Positions 10,048 through 19,690 of a stretch of 64,000 nt of DNA are shown piece by piece. This DNA comes from Candidatus Omnitrophota bacterium (lineage in GTDB: Bacteria; Omnitrophota; Omnitrophia; Omnitrophales; Aquincolibacteriaceae): positions 69,183-133,182 of the forward strand of contig JAKLFP010000001.1 of the NCBI GenBank assembly GCA_022711115.1, written 5' to 3'. The translations under genes were made by a program, and so were the position numbers. Each line of letters begins with the position of its first letter. Position 1 is the first letter of the stretch. The notes beneath the pieces are model-generated. The model saw only the letters and a program-made list of their open reading frames with translations. It did no database searches and was not told where the DNA came from.

Positions 10048-10152
10048 AATCTCCCTTTCTGATATTTGGACGGTGAAGGGCCTCTCTTAAAGATTTTGAT
10101 TTTTCGTAGTTTACTCTTGTATTGAGACAAAATCAAACCCAGAAATCTCAGG

Positions 10153-12117
10153 ATGCGCTATACTAAGATCATGTCATTTCAATTGGATCCGTTCCAATTA
10201 AAAGCCGTTGAGTGGATCGAAAAGGAACATTCCCTTTTTGTTTCTGCCCCTACGGGTTCCGGAAAGACTTTTATCGCCGAAACCGCAATTGAAAAAGCCC
10301 TTTCACGCGGAGAGCAGGTCATTTATACCGCTCCCATCAAAGCCCTTAGTAATCAAAAATTCCGGGACTTCCAGGAACATTTTGGGAAGAACAACGTCGG
10401 AATCCTGACGGGCGATGTTTCCATTAACACCGAAGCGCCGATCCTCATCATGACAACCGAGATCTACCGTAATTCGCTTTTTGAGAATGCCGAACGTATC
10501 CAAAAGATCGGTTGGGTCATTTTCGATGAGGTCCATTATCTGGATGATGCTGAACGCGGCACGGTATGGGAGGAGGCCCTGCTTTTCACACCCATGGAGA
10601 TCCGCATCCTGGCCCTTAGCGCAACCATCCCGAATGTTCAGGAACTCGCCTCCTGGATCCAAAGCGTTCACCAACGTCCTATCGCCGTGATTGAAGAAAC
10701 ACACCGGCCTGTGCCACTCCACTTTTTATTTCAGTGCCAGAATAAAATCTTCACAAACACGAAATCACTCCGCAAGGAAGGCTATTTACAGCGAGACAAC
10801 TGGCAGCTGACTCAGCGGGAAAAACGTCGCGGATTCCGACCTCCACGGGCAAGGCCTAATCGTCTTGATACGCTCATCAATGATCTTATCAACAGAGACC
10901 AATTGCCTGCCATTTATTTTGCTTTCGGAAGGAAGCGCACTGTCCAGCTTGCTTGGGAGATGGCACATTTTGATTTTTTGAGAGAGAAAGAGCGCCTAGA
11001 GATTTGCTCTCTTTTTGACGAACTCCTGCAGCGTTACGATCTCACAGGAGAAAAATCCGCGGAGGAGATGCGCCCCCTCATTGAGCAAGGCATCGCCTAT
11101 CACCACGCGGGCATGCTCCCGACATTAAAAGAAATCATCGAAAGACTTTTCACAAGCCGTTTGATCAAACTCATCTTCACCACGGAGACATTCGCACTCG
11201 GGATCAACATGCCGGCACGCACCGTGATCTTTGACGAACTGGAAAAATTCTACGGCACGGGCTTCCGTGCGCTGACCACACGGGATTTTTTTCAAATGGC
11301 CGGACGTGCAGGCCGGCGGGGCATAGATCAAGAAGGTTTTGTCTACTGCCGCATTCATCCGAATGATATCTCTTTTTCCGAAGTGGAACGGATCCTTTAT
11401 GGAAAACCGGAACCCGTGTTAAGCCAGTTGAACGCGACTTACGCAACGCTTTTGAACCTTTACAGGATGCTTGGCCACAAGCTTCTTGAGATCTATCCGC
11501 GTTCGTTCCACTATTTTCAATCATCAAAACGCAAACGCGAAGAAGGCCTTGAGCTTTTAAAGAACAAGATCGCATTGCTACAGGAAATGGGCTATTTAAC
11601 AGACCAAGGGCTTACGATTAAGGGGGAATTTGCCGCATCCATTTTTGGTTTTGAACTGTTGCTGACTGAAATGTACACGGACGGCGCGTTGGAAAAACTT
11701 GACGAACCAAAATTGAACATTTTTTTAGCAGGTCTTATTTTTGAGCCAAGAAAGGGAGATGAACCGCCTCGCCTTGGAAAAGACCACGAAGAACTTTTGA
11801 AACTAACGCAGCATTATCATCGCATGATTCATAAGTGGGAATCCAATTTCCGCATCTCGCCCCCGACTAAGCAACCTTATTTTCATCTTGCACGCGCTGT
11901 GGAAGCCTGGACACACGGCCAGAGCTTCGACAAAATCTGCCAATTAACACCTGAAGATGAAGGAAGCCTGGTGCGTTATATGCGCATGGTGATTCAATTG
12001 CTAAGAGAAATCGCCCATGCGCCTCACGCATCGGAAAGTCTCAAAAACAAAGCAAAACACGCCCGCGAATTGATCGATCGGGATGTGGTTGACGCGGAAA
12101 AACAACTAAGGATTTAA
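10153..12117 (+). CDS. Ski2/HelY-like DEAD/DEAH-box RNA helicase with a DSHCT-like C-terminus
   Basis: Walker A APTGSGKT, DEVH box, SAT, a helicase C domain, and a C-terminal tail resembling the DSHCT domain. The alternative start ATG at 10171 (MSFQLDPFQ) fits the family N-terminus better and is preceded by TATACT 6 nt upstream. Confidence 0.8.
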   Translation: MRYTKIMSFQLDPFQLKAVEWIEKEHSLFVSAPTGSGKTFIAETAIEKALSRGEQVIYTAPIKALSNQKFRDFQEHFGKNNVGILTGDVSINTEAPILIMTTEIYRNSLFENAERIQKIGWVIFDEVHYLDDAERGTVWEEALLFTPMEIRILALSATIPNVQELASWIQSVHQRPIAVIEETHRPVPLHFLFQCQNKIFTNTKSLRKEGYLQRDNWQLTQREKRRGFRPPRARPNRLDTLINDLINRDQLPAIYFAFGRKRTVQLAWEMAHFDFLREKERLEICSLFDELLQRYDLTGEKSAEEMRPLIEQGIAYHHAGMLPTLKEIIERLFTSRLIKLIFTTETFALGINMPARTVIFDELEKFYGTGFRALTTRDFFQMAGRAGRRGIDQEGFVYCRIHPNDISFSEVERILYGKPEPVLSQLNATYATLLNLYRMLGHKLLEIYPRSFHYFQSSKRKREEGLELLKNKIALLQEMGYLTDQGLTIKGEFAASIFGFELLLTEMYTDGALEKLDEPKLNIFLAGLIFEPRKGDEPPRLGKDHEELLKLTQHYHRMIHKWESNFRISPPTKQPYFHLARAVEAWTHGQSFDKICQLTPEDEGSLVRYMRMVIQLLREIAHAPHASESLKNKAKHARELIDRDVVDAEKQLRI

Positions 12118-12205
12118 CTGTCCTTGTTTTGAATTTTATTTCTTGGCTGGGAATAAGGGTTGCTACTATTTTCTATTCAGAAAAATCGATCGGGATGAGA
12201 ACCGC

Positions 12206-12958
12206 TTAAGCCGTAACGTTTTCTTTAAAAAGCTCTTCCAGTTTTTTCAGAAGATCCGAACTCTGCGAGTAACCGATCATCCGGTCCCCTTTGAAGGTTT
12301 TCATGGCATCCAACGCAACGGATCCCTTACAAAAAACATAAAAAGGCAACACAGCGAGTTTGCTGTCTTGGGAAAGTCTGACAGCCAGTTTGGCGGGATC
12401 CATCACACTCAAATCTTCCCAGAATTGAAGGAGAATAAATTTGGGGCGGAGAGTCTTTGCCAAATTGTACGCATCGTCTTCGTTCAGCGCTTTAAAAACA
12501 TTTAAACCAAATGAGGTCAGAAGCTCCTTCACTTTAGCAATCAGCTGTTCCTCGACGCCACCGAGAATAACATTCTTACTTTGCACCCCGCCCCCGGCCG
12601 CCAAAAGTTTTTCGATGGTATCCATCAGAACTTTGGGGTCATACGGTTTTGACATAAAATGGACATTATTCACTGCCGCGAAAAAATCTCTCATGCTGTT
12701 TTTAGCGGAAACCACGATCGTAGGAATGTCTTTGGTGTCCTTGTCAGCCCGGATTTTTTTCATGAATTCATATCCGGTCAATTTAGGCATCAAGACATCC
12801 GTAATGATCAGGTTCGGTTTCTCACTTTTTAACTTTGCCAGAGCTTCTTCCCCGTCATAAGCCTTACAAACTTCATAGCCCAATGATTTAAGCCTCGTTT
12901 CAAGGATTTCAACAACAGCAACTTCATCATCACAAATCAGGATCTTACTACCGGCCAT
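12206..12958 (-). CDS. Response-regulator receiver protein (REC plus a degenerate second REC-like domain, no DNA-binding output)
   Basis: The N-terminal CheY-like domain has the conserved DD, D(ITDVLMP) and K positions. The C-terminal half resembles a pseudo-receiver. Confidence 0.65.
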   Translation of the reverse strand: MAGSKILICDDEVAVVEILETRLKSLGYEVCKAYDGEEALAKLKSEKPNLIITDVLMPKLTGYEFMKKIRADKDTKDIPTIVVSAKNSMRDFFAAVNNVHFMSKPYDPKVLMDTIEKLLAAGGGVQSKNVILGGVEEQLIAKVKELLTSFGLNVFKALNEDDAYNLAKTLRPKFILLQFWEDLSVMDPAKLAVRLSQDSKLAVLPFYVFCKGSVALDAMKTFKGDRMIGYSQSSDLLKKLEELFKENVTA

Positions 12959-13115
12959 AACATCTCCCGCTCAACCATTTGAAATATTGATTGGATATAG
13001 AAATATAAAAAATAGGACTATGAAAGTAGCATACTGATTTAATTTCATTTAGCAAGTTTTTCTTTGAGATTTATTGAAGATGGAAATAGGGCTGATTTGC
13101 CCCTTGATCCTGAGA

Positions 13116-16100
13116 TCATACCTCCCCCGAAATCAGGCCGTCTTTTTTATCCTTATTCCTGATCTCCTGGAGAATCAGGGGAAGTTTCCATTTTTCTATG
13201 CGACAAACCGTATCATAGGGACAGAAACTTTCGCAATTTCTCGGTTTTACAGAAATCTCACACTTTTCAATTTCTTTTACAAACTTAAAAGCAAAAACAA
13301 CGGCACGGTCCAACACCTTCTGGAACACTTCTTCGGAAAGTTGCGATCGGCTTGAAAACTCCGATTCAAAACATTGGGCATTTTTTTGACAATAAAACCC
13401 GCTCCGTTTCCGATCTCTGACAGAGTAGATTTCTCCTCCCAAAGGCTCGAGCCCCAGTTTTTCCTTGGCCGCTAAGAGATAGAGCGGCAATTGAAGCGCA
13501 ATCCCCAACTCCAGATCTGCAGACTTGAACTTTGCGGAGCGTTTATAATCCATCACGACCGCAAACTCCTCACTAGGATTCGTGTCGATCCTGTCGATGC
13601 GCCCTTGCAATGTGAGAGGTTTCCCTTCTCCCGCGATTTCAAGAGCGGACGACTCAGAATCTTCCTTGGAGCCAAAGCTGTATTCCACACGGCAAGGCTT
13701 AAACGAAGAGCTCTTGAGCCGCTCCGTTTCCTTCTGAAGGAAAAAGAGAAGCATTTCGTAGAGTTCCCGGCGGTCCAGGGCTTCATGATATTTTTGAGGC
13801 CATATCAAAGGATATTTTTGAAAACCTGTTTCCAACCCGCGTTCAATAAATGTCTCCATCTTTTCTTCAACCTTCTTTTTTCTTTTGGGATCAAAATATT
13901 GCTGCAGGACATAATGAAGGATATTCCCCTTTTGCATCATATTAATATCTTCAGCTGTTTCCCGAAGTTTGAGCATATGGTTCGCAAAATAGCGGTAAGG
14001 ACATTTGGCATATTCTTCAATCCGTGTCGGGCTTGCTTCCCGCACCTCAAAAAATTTCCCTTTGAGGATCTTTTCATCCAGAAGTTTTGCTTCGACAGAA
14101 CGGCATGCCGAAAAAAGACGCTGCCGGCTCTGCGGATTTTCCAATAAACCGAATAAAACCTGCTTTAAAAGTCCGCTGGCCGTCTCTTTTTTCTCGGAGA
14201 CCTCGCGCAAAGCTCCCATCGCTGCGATTTCCAGCTCCCGAGCCGTGATGGCTTCTTTCAACAAAGGGAAAGGCCTCGCAAGATCCTGCCGAAGAATTTG
14301 GATTCTGTCCCCGAAAAGCCCTTTGACTCCTTCAAGGTAAGAAGACGGAAGAGATTCTTTTCCCTCAAAATCAAGATGTGGACAACTTAGGTAAAGTTTT
14401 TCGCTCGCACGGGTCACCGCGAGATAGAAAAAATACCGCTCGATATGCTGGCGGGGCAAACGCTCAGCAAGCGAAAAAGCCATGCCGCTATTCATCAGCT
14501 TCCGTTCCCAATCCGAAAGGAGCGGATCTTCGCGGACCTGTACCGGAAAGACCTTTTCCAAAAGCCCTGCTACAAACACGACCTTGTATTCTTTCTGCCG
14601 GGCAAGCGAAACATCATAGACCTGTACACGGTTCTTATCGCGCTCGTGAAGGGAATAAACATCCAGTTCCACTAAACCAAAAAAATAATCGGCAAAATTT
14701 TCGAAAGAAACTTTTTTAATTTTGTTTTTCAGAAAATGATTGCGCATTTCCTCTAGAAGCAATTCAAACCGATTGACGCATGCGGCATCCTCTCGCACAA
14801 AAGACGCGGCGTTATCACTGATCTGTAATATGCCGAAAGTTTCATAAACGGCGCTCTTGAAAATCCGGATAAACTCATGGATCGATTCCACAGCCCGAAA
14901 CTCATCCTCAAGCTTTGCAAGGGGGTCTAAAACATCTTTTTTCCTGGTATTGATATCATCCTCTGCATTGTCCCATACCACAAGCCATGCATCACGCGTT
15001 TCGACCACGCCCGCTTGGAAAGCACGCTGTTCAAACAGAACGATCCATTCTTCATTTTTGATATGGTTTCCACCGAAACGGCAAACATAACCGGATTTCA
15101 AGAAAGCAAAAAGATCTTCTGCTTGCCAACCGTTCCGAAAAATCGCGAGGAGGCTGACGGCCGTAGCAATCCAAGATGAAAATTTCAGCCGTTTGCGCTC
15201 ATGAATCTCCACGGGAATCCCGTAGCGGGCAAAAACCGAGGCAAGCACGGATGCGTAATTTTTGATATGACGAAATAAAACGGCAAAATCACTATAGCGA
15301 TAATTTCCAGACGCGTAAAGTTGATGAATCTCCCTAACGATCATTTCTATCTCGCCTTCCGTCCCGATAGCCTCCAGAAAAACAATGTCCTGACACGGCC
15401 CAGATACCAAATCCGGAGGTGGAGAAGCAAAAAGATTTCTTTGCAGATAAAGGAGTGCCTTCTTTTGGGTGCGGAAAGAACGTCCCTCCATTTTCTGAAC
15501 CTGAAAACCAAGCCGTTCAAGATTTTTCTGAGTTTCATTCACGGACTCAAAGGCATCTTCGTGCGCTTCTCCATCCTCTTTCGTGAGCGTCAGAACCATT
15601 TCTTCCGACAGAACGGAAAGTTCTCGAAGGTATTCAAGCTGGAGGCCTGAAAAATCGAAAAAGCCATCGATCCATAAACCTTTGAATCTCAAAACCTGTC
15701 TTTCACCTTTTGTTTCTCTTTCACGGAAAATCCGCAAAGCATCCTGATGATCACGAAGACCGCGTGTCCGGAGCTCTTTCTCATATTGTTCGTAAAAACC
15801 GGCAAGTGCTTCATATTTACTGGCATAGGCCGGTTCAAAACTTTTCAGCATGTTCATGCGTTCACGGAAAACATCCGGGGAGATACAGGCCTCCTTCAAC
15901 TCTGCGATAAATTGCGGCATTAAATTCAAAAAACCGGGCTGATCACGGACCTCTGAAAAATATTCCCAGTTATTTTCGTAAAGCAGATTTTTAGTGATCA
16001 TCATGCGGGTCAAACTGGAGGCGATGGGAATATCGGAGATGCGGAAAATATCGTTTACAAGTCTCGAAAGCGTCGTCACACGCTTATGAAAAAAACCGGG

Positions 16101-16277
16101 CATGCCGCCCTGAATGAGGAGCGAAACAATACGTTCCGTATGTTCGGCGGAAGGCACGATGAAGAACAGATCTGACGCTAAAGGATCGGGAGCCTTTCGC
16201 AGCGCCCCCTCGAAGGCCTCCAGCAGGTGATGCGTCTTCCCGCAACCTGCCGGACCGACGAGAAGGATTTTTCCCAT
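13116..16277 (-). CDS. AddB/RexB-like helicase-nuclease subunit with a PD-(D/E)XK nuclease domain and an Fe-S cysteine cluster
   Basis: N-terminal Walker A (LLVGPAGCGKT). The C-terminal region has a RecB-type nuclease motif (IDRID...VVMDYKRS) and four Cys (CPYRYF ... CESFCPYDTVC), typical of the AddB iron-sulfur staple. No AddA partner is adjacent. Confidence 0.7.
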   Translation of the reverse strand: MGKILLVGPAGCGKTHHLLEAFEGALRKAPDPLASDLFFIVPSAEHTERIVSLLIQGGMPGFFHKRVTTLSRLVNDIFRISDIPIASSLTRMMITKNLLYENNWEYFSEVRDQPGFLNLMPQFIAELKEACISPDVFRERMNMLKSFEPAYASKYEALAGFYEQYEKELRTRGLRDHQDALRIFRERETKGERQVLRFKGLWIDGFFDFSGLQLEYLRELSVLSEEMVLTLTKEDGEAHEDAFESVNETQKNLERLGFQVQKMEGRSFRTQKKALLYLQRNLFASPPPDLVSGPCQDIVFLEAIGTEGEIEMIVREIHQLYASGNYRYSDFAVLFRHIKNYASVLASVFARYGIPVEIHERKRLKFSSWIATAVSLLAIFRNGWQAEDLFAFLKSGYVCRFGGNHIKNEEWIVLFEQRAFQAGVVETRDAWLVVWDNAEDDINTRKKDVLDPLAKLEDEFRAVESIHEFIRIFKSAVYETFGILQISDNAASFVREDAACVNRFELLLEEMRNHFLKNKIKKVSFENFADYFFGLVELDVYSLHERDKNRVQVYDVSLARQKEYKVVFVAGLLEKVFPVQVREDPLLSDWERKLMNSGMAFSLAERLPRQHIERYFFYLAVTRASEKLYLSCPHLDFEGKESLPSSYLEGVKGLFGDRIQILRQDLARPFPLLKEAITARELEIAAMGALREVSEKKETASGLLKQVLFGLLENPQSRQRLFSACRSVEAKLLDEKILKGKFFEVREASPTRIEEYAKCPYRYFANHMLKLRETAEDINMMQKGNILHYVLQQYFDPKRKKKVEEKMETFIERGLETGFQKYPLIWPQKYHEALDRRELYEMLLFFLQKETERLKSSSFKPCRVEYSFGSKEDSESSALEIAGEGKPLTLQGRIDRIDTNPSEEFAVVMDYKRSAKFKSADLELGIALQLPLYLLAAKEKLGLEPLGGEIYSVRDRKRSGFYCQKNAQCFESEFSSRSQLSEEVFQKVLDRAVVFAFKFVKEIEKCEISVKPRNCESFCPYDTVCRIEKWKLPLILQEIRNKDKKDGLISGEV

Positions 16278-16283
16278 GGCGGT

Positions 16284-16700
16284 TTATTCTTGAAAAACAG
16301 CGAAGCTGTCCTGATTCTCCCAAAGGGTCACTTTAGACACAGGAAGCTTCATCCGTTTGGCCGCTTGAAAAATCCATTTCGCGAGCATTTCAGCGGTGGG
16401 ATTCTCCTTAGCGACCACAACAGGTTCTCCGGCTTTTTTAAGAAGCTTCACGAGAGGATCCTTTTCCGAAAGAATCATTTTGTGGTCCAGATTTTCATTG
16501 ATCCATGCGCCAATCGTTTTACGAATATCAAAAAAATTGATGACCATGTTATGTTTGTTGAGTTTTGCGCTTGCCATTTCGATCTCAACACAGGCGCTAT
16601 GGCCGTGCAAATGGGAACATTTATCATGGCAATCCATGAGCCTGTGTCCGTAATTGAAATAAATTGTTTTTGCTACTTTATACATCTTGAAACCTCCCAA
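16284..16700 (-). CDS. queD: 6-carboxy-5,6,7,8-tetrahydropterin synthase
   Basis: 138 aa with a CxxxHGH zinc-binding motif (CHDKCSHLHGHS) in the QueD/PTPS fold. Confidence 0.85.
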   Translation of the reverse strand: MGGFKMYKVAKTIYFNYGHRLMDCHDKCSHLHGHSACVEIEMASAKLNKHNMVINFFDIRKTIGAWINENLDHKMILSEKDPLVKLLKKAGEPVVVAKENPTAEMLAKWIFQAAKRMKLPVSKVTLWENQDSFAVFQE

Positions 16701-16719
16701 ACTGATTACAACCAGAGCC

Positions 16720-17886
16720 TCAGGCGATCTGGATCAGCTTTTCAATAACTTCTTCGATAACACGATTCGGTGTCGATGCTCCGGCCGTCATGCCGACTTT
16801 GATCTCGCCCGCCGGAAGCCAGGATGTCGTTTCAAGGATCTCCTGCGCCCCGATTTTTTTATGCCGGATCATTTCACTCGAAACAAGCGAGGAAGCATCT
16901 TCTACATGAAAAGCTGGACAGAAACCAGAAGCGATCTCCGCCAGATGCCCCGTATTACTTGACTTATAACCGCCAATCACAAAAATCAGATTCATTTTCT
17001 TTCGCCCGAGTTCCAACACCGCATCTTGACGGTCTTGCGTGGCGGAACAGATCGTGTCAAAATGCCGAAAACGATTTTTAAACGCGTCAGGCCCGTGTTT
17101 TTTTATGATGCTGCCCCGGAACATTTCAGAAATCTCGATAGATTCGCGGGAAAGCATCGTTGTTTGGTTGGCAAAACCAATCTTTTCGAGATCATGGTCC
17201 GGATCAAATCCCGCCGAACACGCCTTTTTAAAAACCTCAAGAAAAAGCCCTCGATTCCCGAACCCTTCGATGTATTGACAAACCTGTTCCGCTTGCGATC
17301 GGTCCTTTACCACAAGATACTTGAAGGCTCGTGAACAAGTCGCACGCGTTTCTTCATGATCATATTTGCCGTGGATCACTGAAGTAAAACCGTCCCGGTT
17401 GTAGGAATCCACACGACGCCAAACACTCATCACGGACCCGCAGGTCGTATCCACAATCACGCATCCTTTCTTCTGAAAATCACGCAAAGCCTCAACCGGC
17501 ACGCCGAACGCCGGCATGATAACGATATCTTCTTTGCCAAGAGCGTCCGCGGACACCGTCCCGCCACCGGAGCCGGAAAGAAACTGGATATTCATATGCT
17601 GGAGCTCCGCATTGACTCGCGGATTATGGATGATTTCGCCGGTTAAAAAAATGCGCCTGTTCGAAAACTTAGCCCGTGTTTCGTAAGCATACTCGATGGC
17701 CCGCTCCACGCCGTAGCAAAAGCCGAATTCCTTGGCGAGATAAATCGTAAGCCGGCCTGCCTTTAATTCAAATCCATTTTGACGAAGCCGGTCAATAAGC
17801 GGGCTGTGATAGCTTTTTTCAAGTTGCGGCTGTACCGTATCTTTGAGCCCGAATTTTTGGGAGACGGTCCTTTCGGGTTTTTCCAT
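16720..17886 (-). CDS. ispH: 4-hydroxy-3-methylbut-2-enyl diphosphate reductase
   Basis: LytB/IspH core (GFCYGVERAI ... C-terminal AGASTPNRVIEEVI). The track ORF reaches 18132, but that overlaps the upstream gene. The internal ATG at 17886 (MEKPERT) begins 11 nt after the upstream stop, so the call uses the shorter coordinates. Confidence 0.85.
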   Translation of the reverse strand: MEKPERTVSQKFGLKDTVQPQLEKSYHSPLIDRLRQNGFELKAGRLTIYLAKEFGFCYGVERAIEYAYETRAKFSNRRIFLTGEIIHNPRVNAELQHMNIQFLSGSGGGTVSADALGKEDIVIMPAFGVPVEALRDFQKKGCVIVDTTCGSVMSVWRRVDSYNRDGFTSVIHGKYDHEETRATCSRAFKYLVVKDRSQAEQVCQYIEGFGNRGLFLEVFKKACSAGFDPDHDLEKIGFANQTTMLSRESIEISEMFRGSIIKKHGPDAFKNRFRHFDTICSATQDRQDAVLELGRKKMNLIFVIGGYKSSNTGHLAEIASGFCPAFHVEDASSLVSSEMIRHKKIGAQEILETTSWLPAGEIKVGMTAGASTPNRVIEEVIEKLIQIA

Positions 17887-17897
17887 AAAGACTCCGG

Positions 17898-18899
17898 TCA
17901 AGGAGCAGTGATCTTGCGAACGGTTACGCCTGCCTGTTGGAGGAGTTTGAGCGAAAGATCCAGTAGCGGATAGTTCGCCTGATACACCACTTCGCTCAAA
18001 CCCGCATTGATGATCATTTTGGTGCACATCAAACAGGGAGAAAAAGTTGTGTAAAGCGTTGCCCCCTTGACGCTCACTCCGTGATAGGCCGCTTGCACGA
18101 TGGAATTTTCTTCCCCGTGCGAGCAAAGGCATTCTCCGAGGTCTTTACCGGAAGCATCAATCGCGGCGCAACGCGGACAACCACCTTCGTTGCAATTGGT
18201 AACTCCTCGCGGCGTGCCATTGTATCCCGTGGAAATGATACGCTTATCTTTGACGATCACGGCAGCGACTTTACGCTTCATGCAATTCGATCGCAACGCC
18301 GTCACCTTCGCGATATTCATAAAATATTCATCCCAGCTGGGCCGCGGCGCGCTTTGGGAAAGCTGCACAAGGACGTGTTTGATCTTCTCATGGAGTTCTT
18401 TTAGAGGACCATTGTTATCTATCTGAAGATCCGCCATGGCAATCGCCTGATCAAGTTGCTGGTCTGTTTTGACGCCGCTTTTCGCTTCTTTCGCCTCCAA
18501 CGCTAAGAAATCCTCCCAAACCTTGGGGTCATGCTCGCGACCGCGTTGGCGAAGCCTTTCAAAGCGAAGCCTCTCGGGCGCATAAATCCTGAGGAGCTTA
18601 AAGTCATTGCGTCTTCGAAACACCTGAACTTCAGAAGGATGTCGGATCGAATCGATGATGTAATTTTTTTCTGGGTCAAGTTTCATAAAGATGCGCTCTG
18701 CCAGACAACCCGGCCCTTCTTTCTCGCGCAATTCATTGCCGAGCGCGACCAGCAGATCGCGAGTGATTTCCTGATTGCGTTTTTGCGCCTCGTCACGAAG
18801 CGCGTCGGAAAGCGAATAATATTGAAAACCGCGATCCTTGAGAAAATTCGCAACTTCTCCTTTGCCAGATCCGTTTTTTCCCGTCAATCCGATGATCAT
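17898..18899 (-). CDS. Fusion protein: CoaE-like P-loop nucleotide kinase domain joined to a dCMP deaminase (ComEB-type) domain
   Basis: N-terminal GLTGKNGSGKG P-loop with a C-terminal DNNGPLKEL...VL tail resembling dephospho-CoA kinase. The C-terminal half has the dCMP deaminase signature (SWDEYFMNIA, HGEENSI, TFSPCLMC) plus the extra CxxGGCPRC zinc ribbon. The ATG at 18899 overlaps the upstream stop (ATGA). Confidence 0.7.
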   Translation of the reverse strand: MIIGLTGKNGSGKGEVANFLKDRGFQYYSLSDALRDEAQKRNQEITRDLLVALGNELREKEGPGCLAERIFMKLDPEKNYIIDSIRHPSEVQVFRRRNDFKLLRIYAPERLRFERLRQRGREHDPKVWEDFLALEAKEAKSGVKTDQQLDQAIAMADLQIDNNGPLKELHEKIKHVLVQLSQSAPRPSWDEYFMNIAKVTALRSNCMKRKVAAVIVKDKRIISTGYNGTPRGVTNCNEGGCPRCAAIDASGKDLGECLCSHGEENSIVQAAYHGVSVKGATLYTTFSPCLMCTKMIINAGLSEVVYQANYPLLDLSLKLLQQAGVTVRKITAP

Positions 18900-19495
18900 A
18901 TTTTCCCCTGAGGATGAATCCAAAAATCAGGGGCATAAAATCTCGTATCCCCCGCATGACGTTCCACAAGCACGATGGTCGTTGCCGTTTGATTACCTTT
19001 CATTTCCGGAACAGCGGCAATCTGCCGAAGATGGTCCCCTTTCCCTCCTGATTCGGGACGCAGAAAAGCGATCCCCTGCTTTTCAAGGCTGAAGGCCGCG
19101 TCTTCAAGATGATCGACCTGGAGCGCAAGATAATAGGGCATCATCTCACCGAATGTATTCAACCATTCAACGGCCGGAAGATGATGCGCCTGTTCGATCA
19201 TCACGGCAGGATAACCTTCCTTCCGATAAACTTCCACATGAGGACTTTTCGTCAGAAGAATTCTTGTGGATGCGTCTTTGACATAACCGAAAGGCAAAAA
19301 TTCCTGCGCTCGTTTACGTATATCCGCCGTTCTGAACACGATATGGTCAAAAACCGGCCGGAATCCGACCCCGATAAGGGAAAGCCCGCGCGCCACAATC
19401 CTGGCCGCCCGGTTTTGCAAGGCAAAGTCTTCCACTTCTTTTTTGAGAAAAGCTTCTAGGGTGTTTTTTTCGCAACTGACAGAAGATGATGACAT
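18896..19495 (-). CDS. VOC (glyoxalase/bleomycin-resistance/dioxygenase) superfamily protein
   Basis: VOC-like beta-alpha-beta-beta-beta motifs (FDHIVFRTADIRKRAQEF; LVERH). It is translationally coupled (ATGA) to the downstream kinase-deaminase gene, which supports it being real. Confidence 0.4.
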   Translation of the reverse strand: MSSSSVSCEKNTLEAFLKKEVEDFALQNRAARIVARGLSLIGVGFRPVFDHIVFRTADIRKRAQEFLPFGYVKDASTRILLTKSPHVEVYRKEGYPAVMIEQAHHLPAVEWLNTFGEMMPYYLALQVDHLEDAAFSLEKQGIAFLRPESGGKGDHLRQIAAVPEMKGNQTATTIVLVERHAGDTRFYAPDFWIHPQGKI

Positions 19496-19610
19496 TTCAA
19501 GATCTCAAAGTGTTTATAGAATCACGCCTTGTCGCATGACAAGTATAGAGAAAAGTTTGCCTATCCCGATTTTTAGGATAGGCAAATCCTATTCTCCATC
19601 AAAAAAAATT

Positions 19611-19676
19611 AACGGCCACTTGGACTAGCCCTGACAACCTTTTGTCAAAAAAATAAATGTCAGGGCAAACGCAAAC
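19611..19676. repeat. Single copy of the family-2 repeat with a compensatory stem variant (GCCCTGACA / TGTCAGGGC)
   Basis: Aligns with the 33326-33487 units at about 80% identity. A G-to-A change in the 5' arm is matched by a C-to-T change in the 3' arm. Confidence 0.75.
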
Positions 19677-19690
19677 TATTCAATGAAACT

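Noticed and set aside
10153-10170. The first six codons (MRYTKI) of the helicase ORF.
   Set aside because: They are probably not translated. Family N-termini begin at the MSFQLDPFQ Met at 10171, and a TATACT -10 box lies inside this segment. The track start is kept in the feature list because the choice cannot be settled from sequence alone.
16720-18132. A 470-aa IspH ORF with an 82-aa N-terminal extension.
   Set aside because: The extension overlaps the upstream kinase-deaminase gene by 235 nt and has no IspH homology. The internal ATG at 17886 starts just after the upstream stop.
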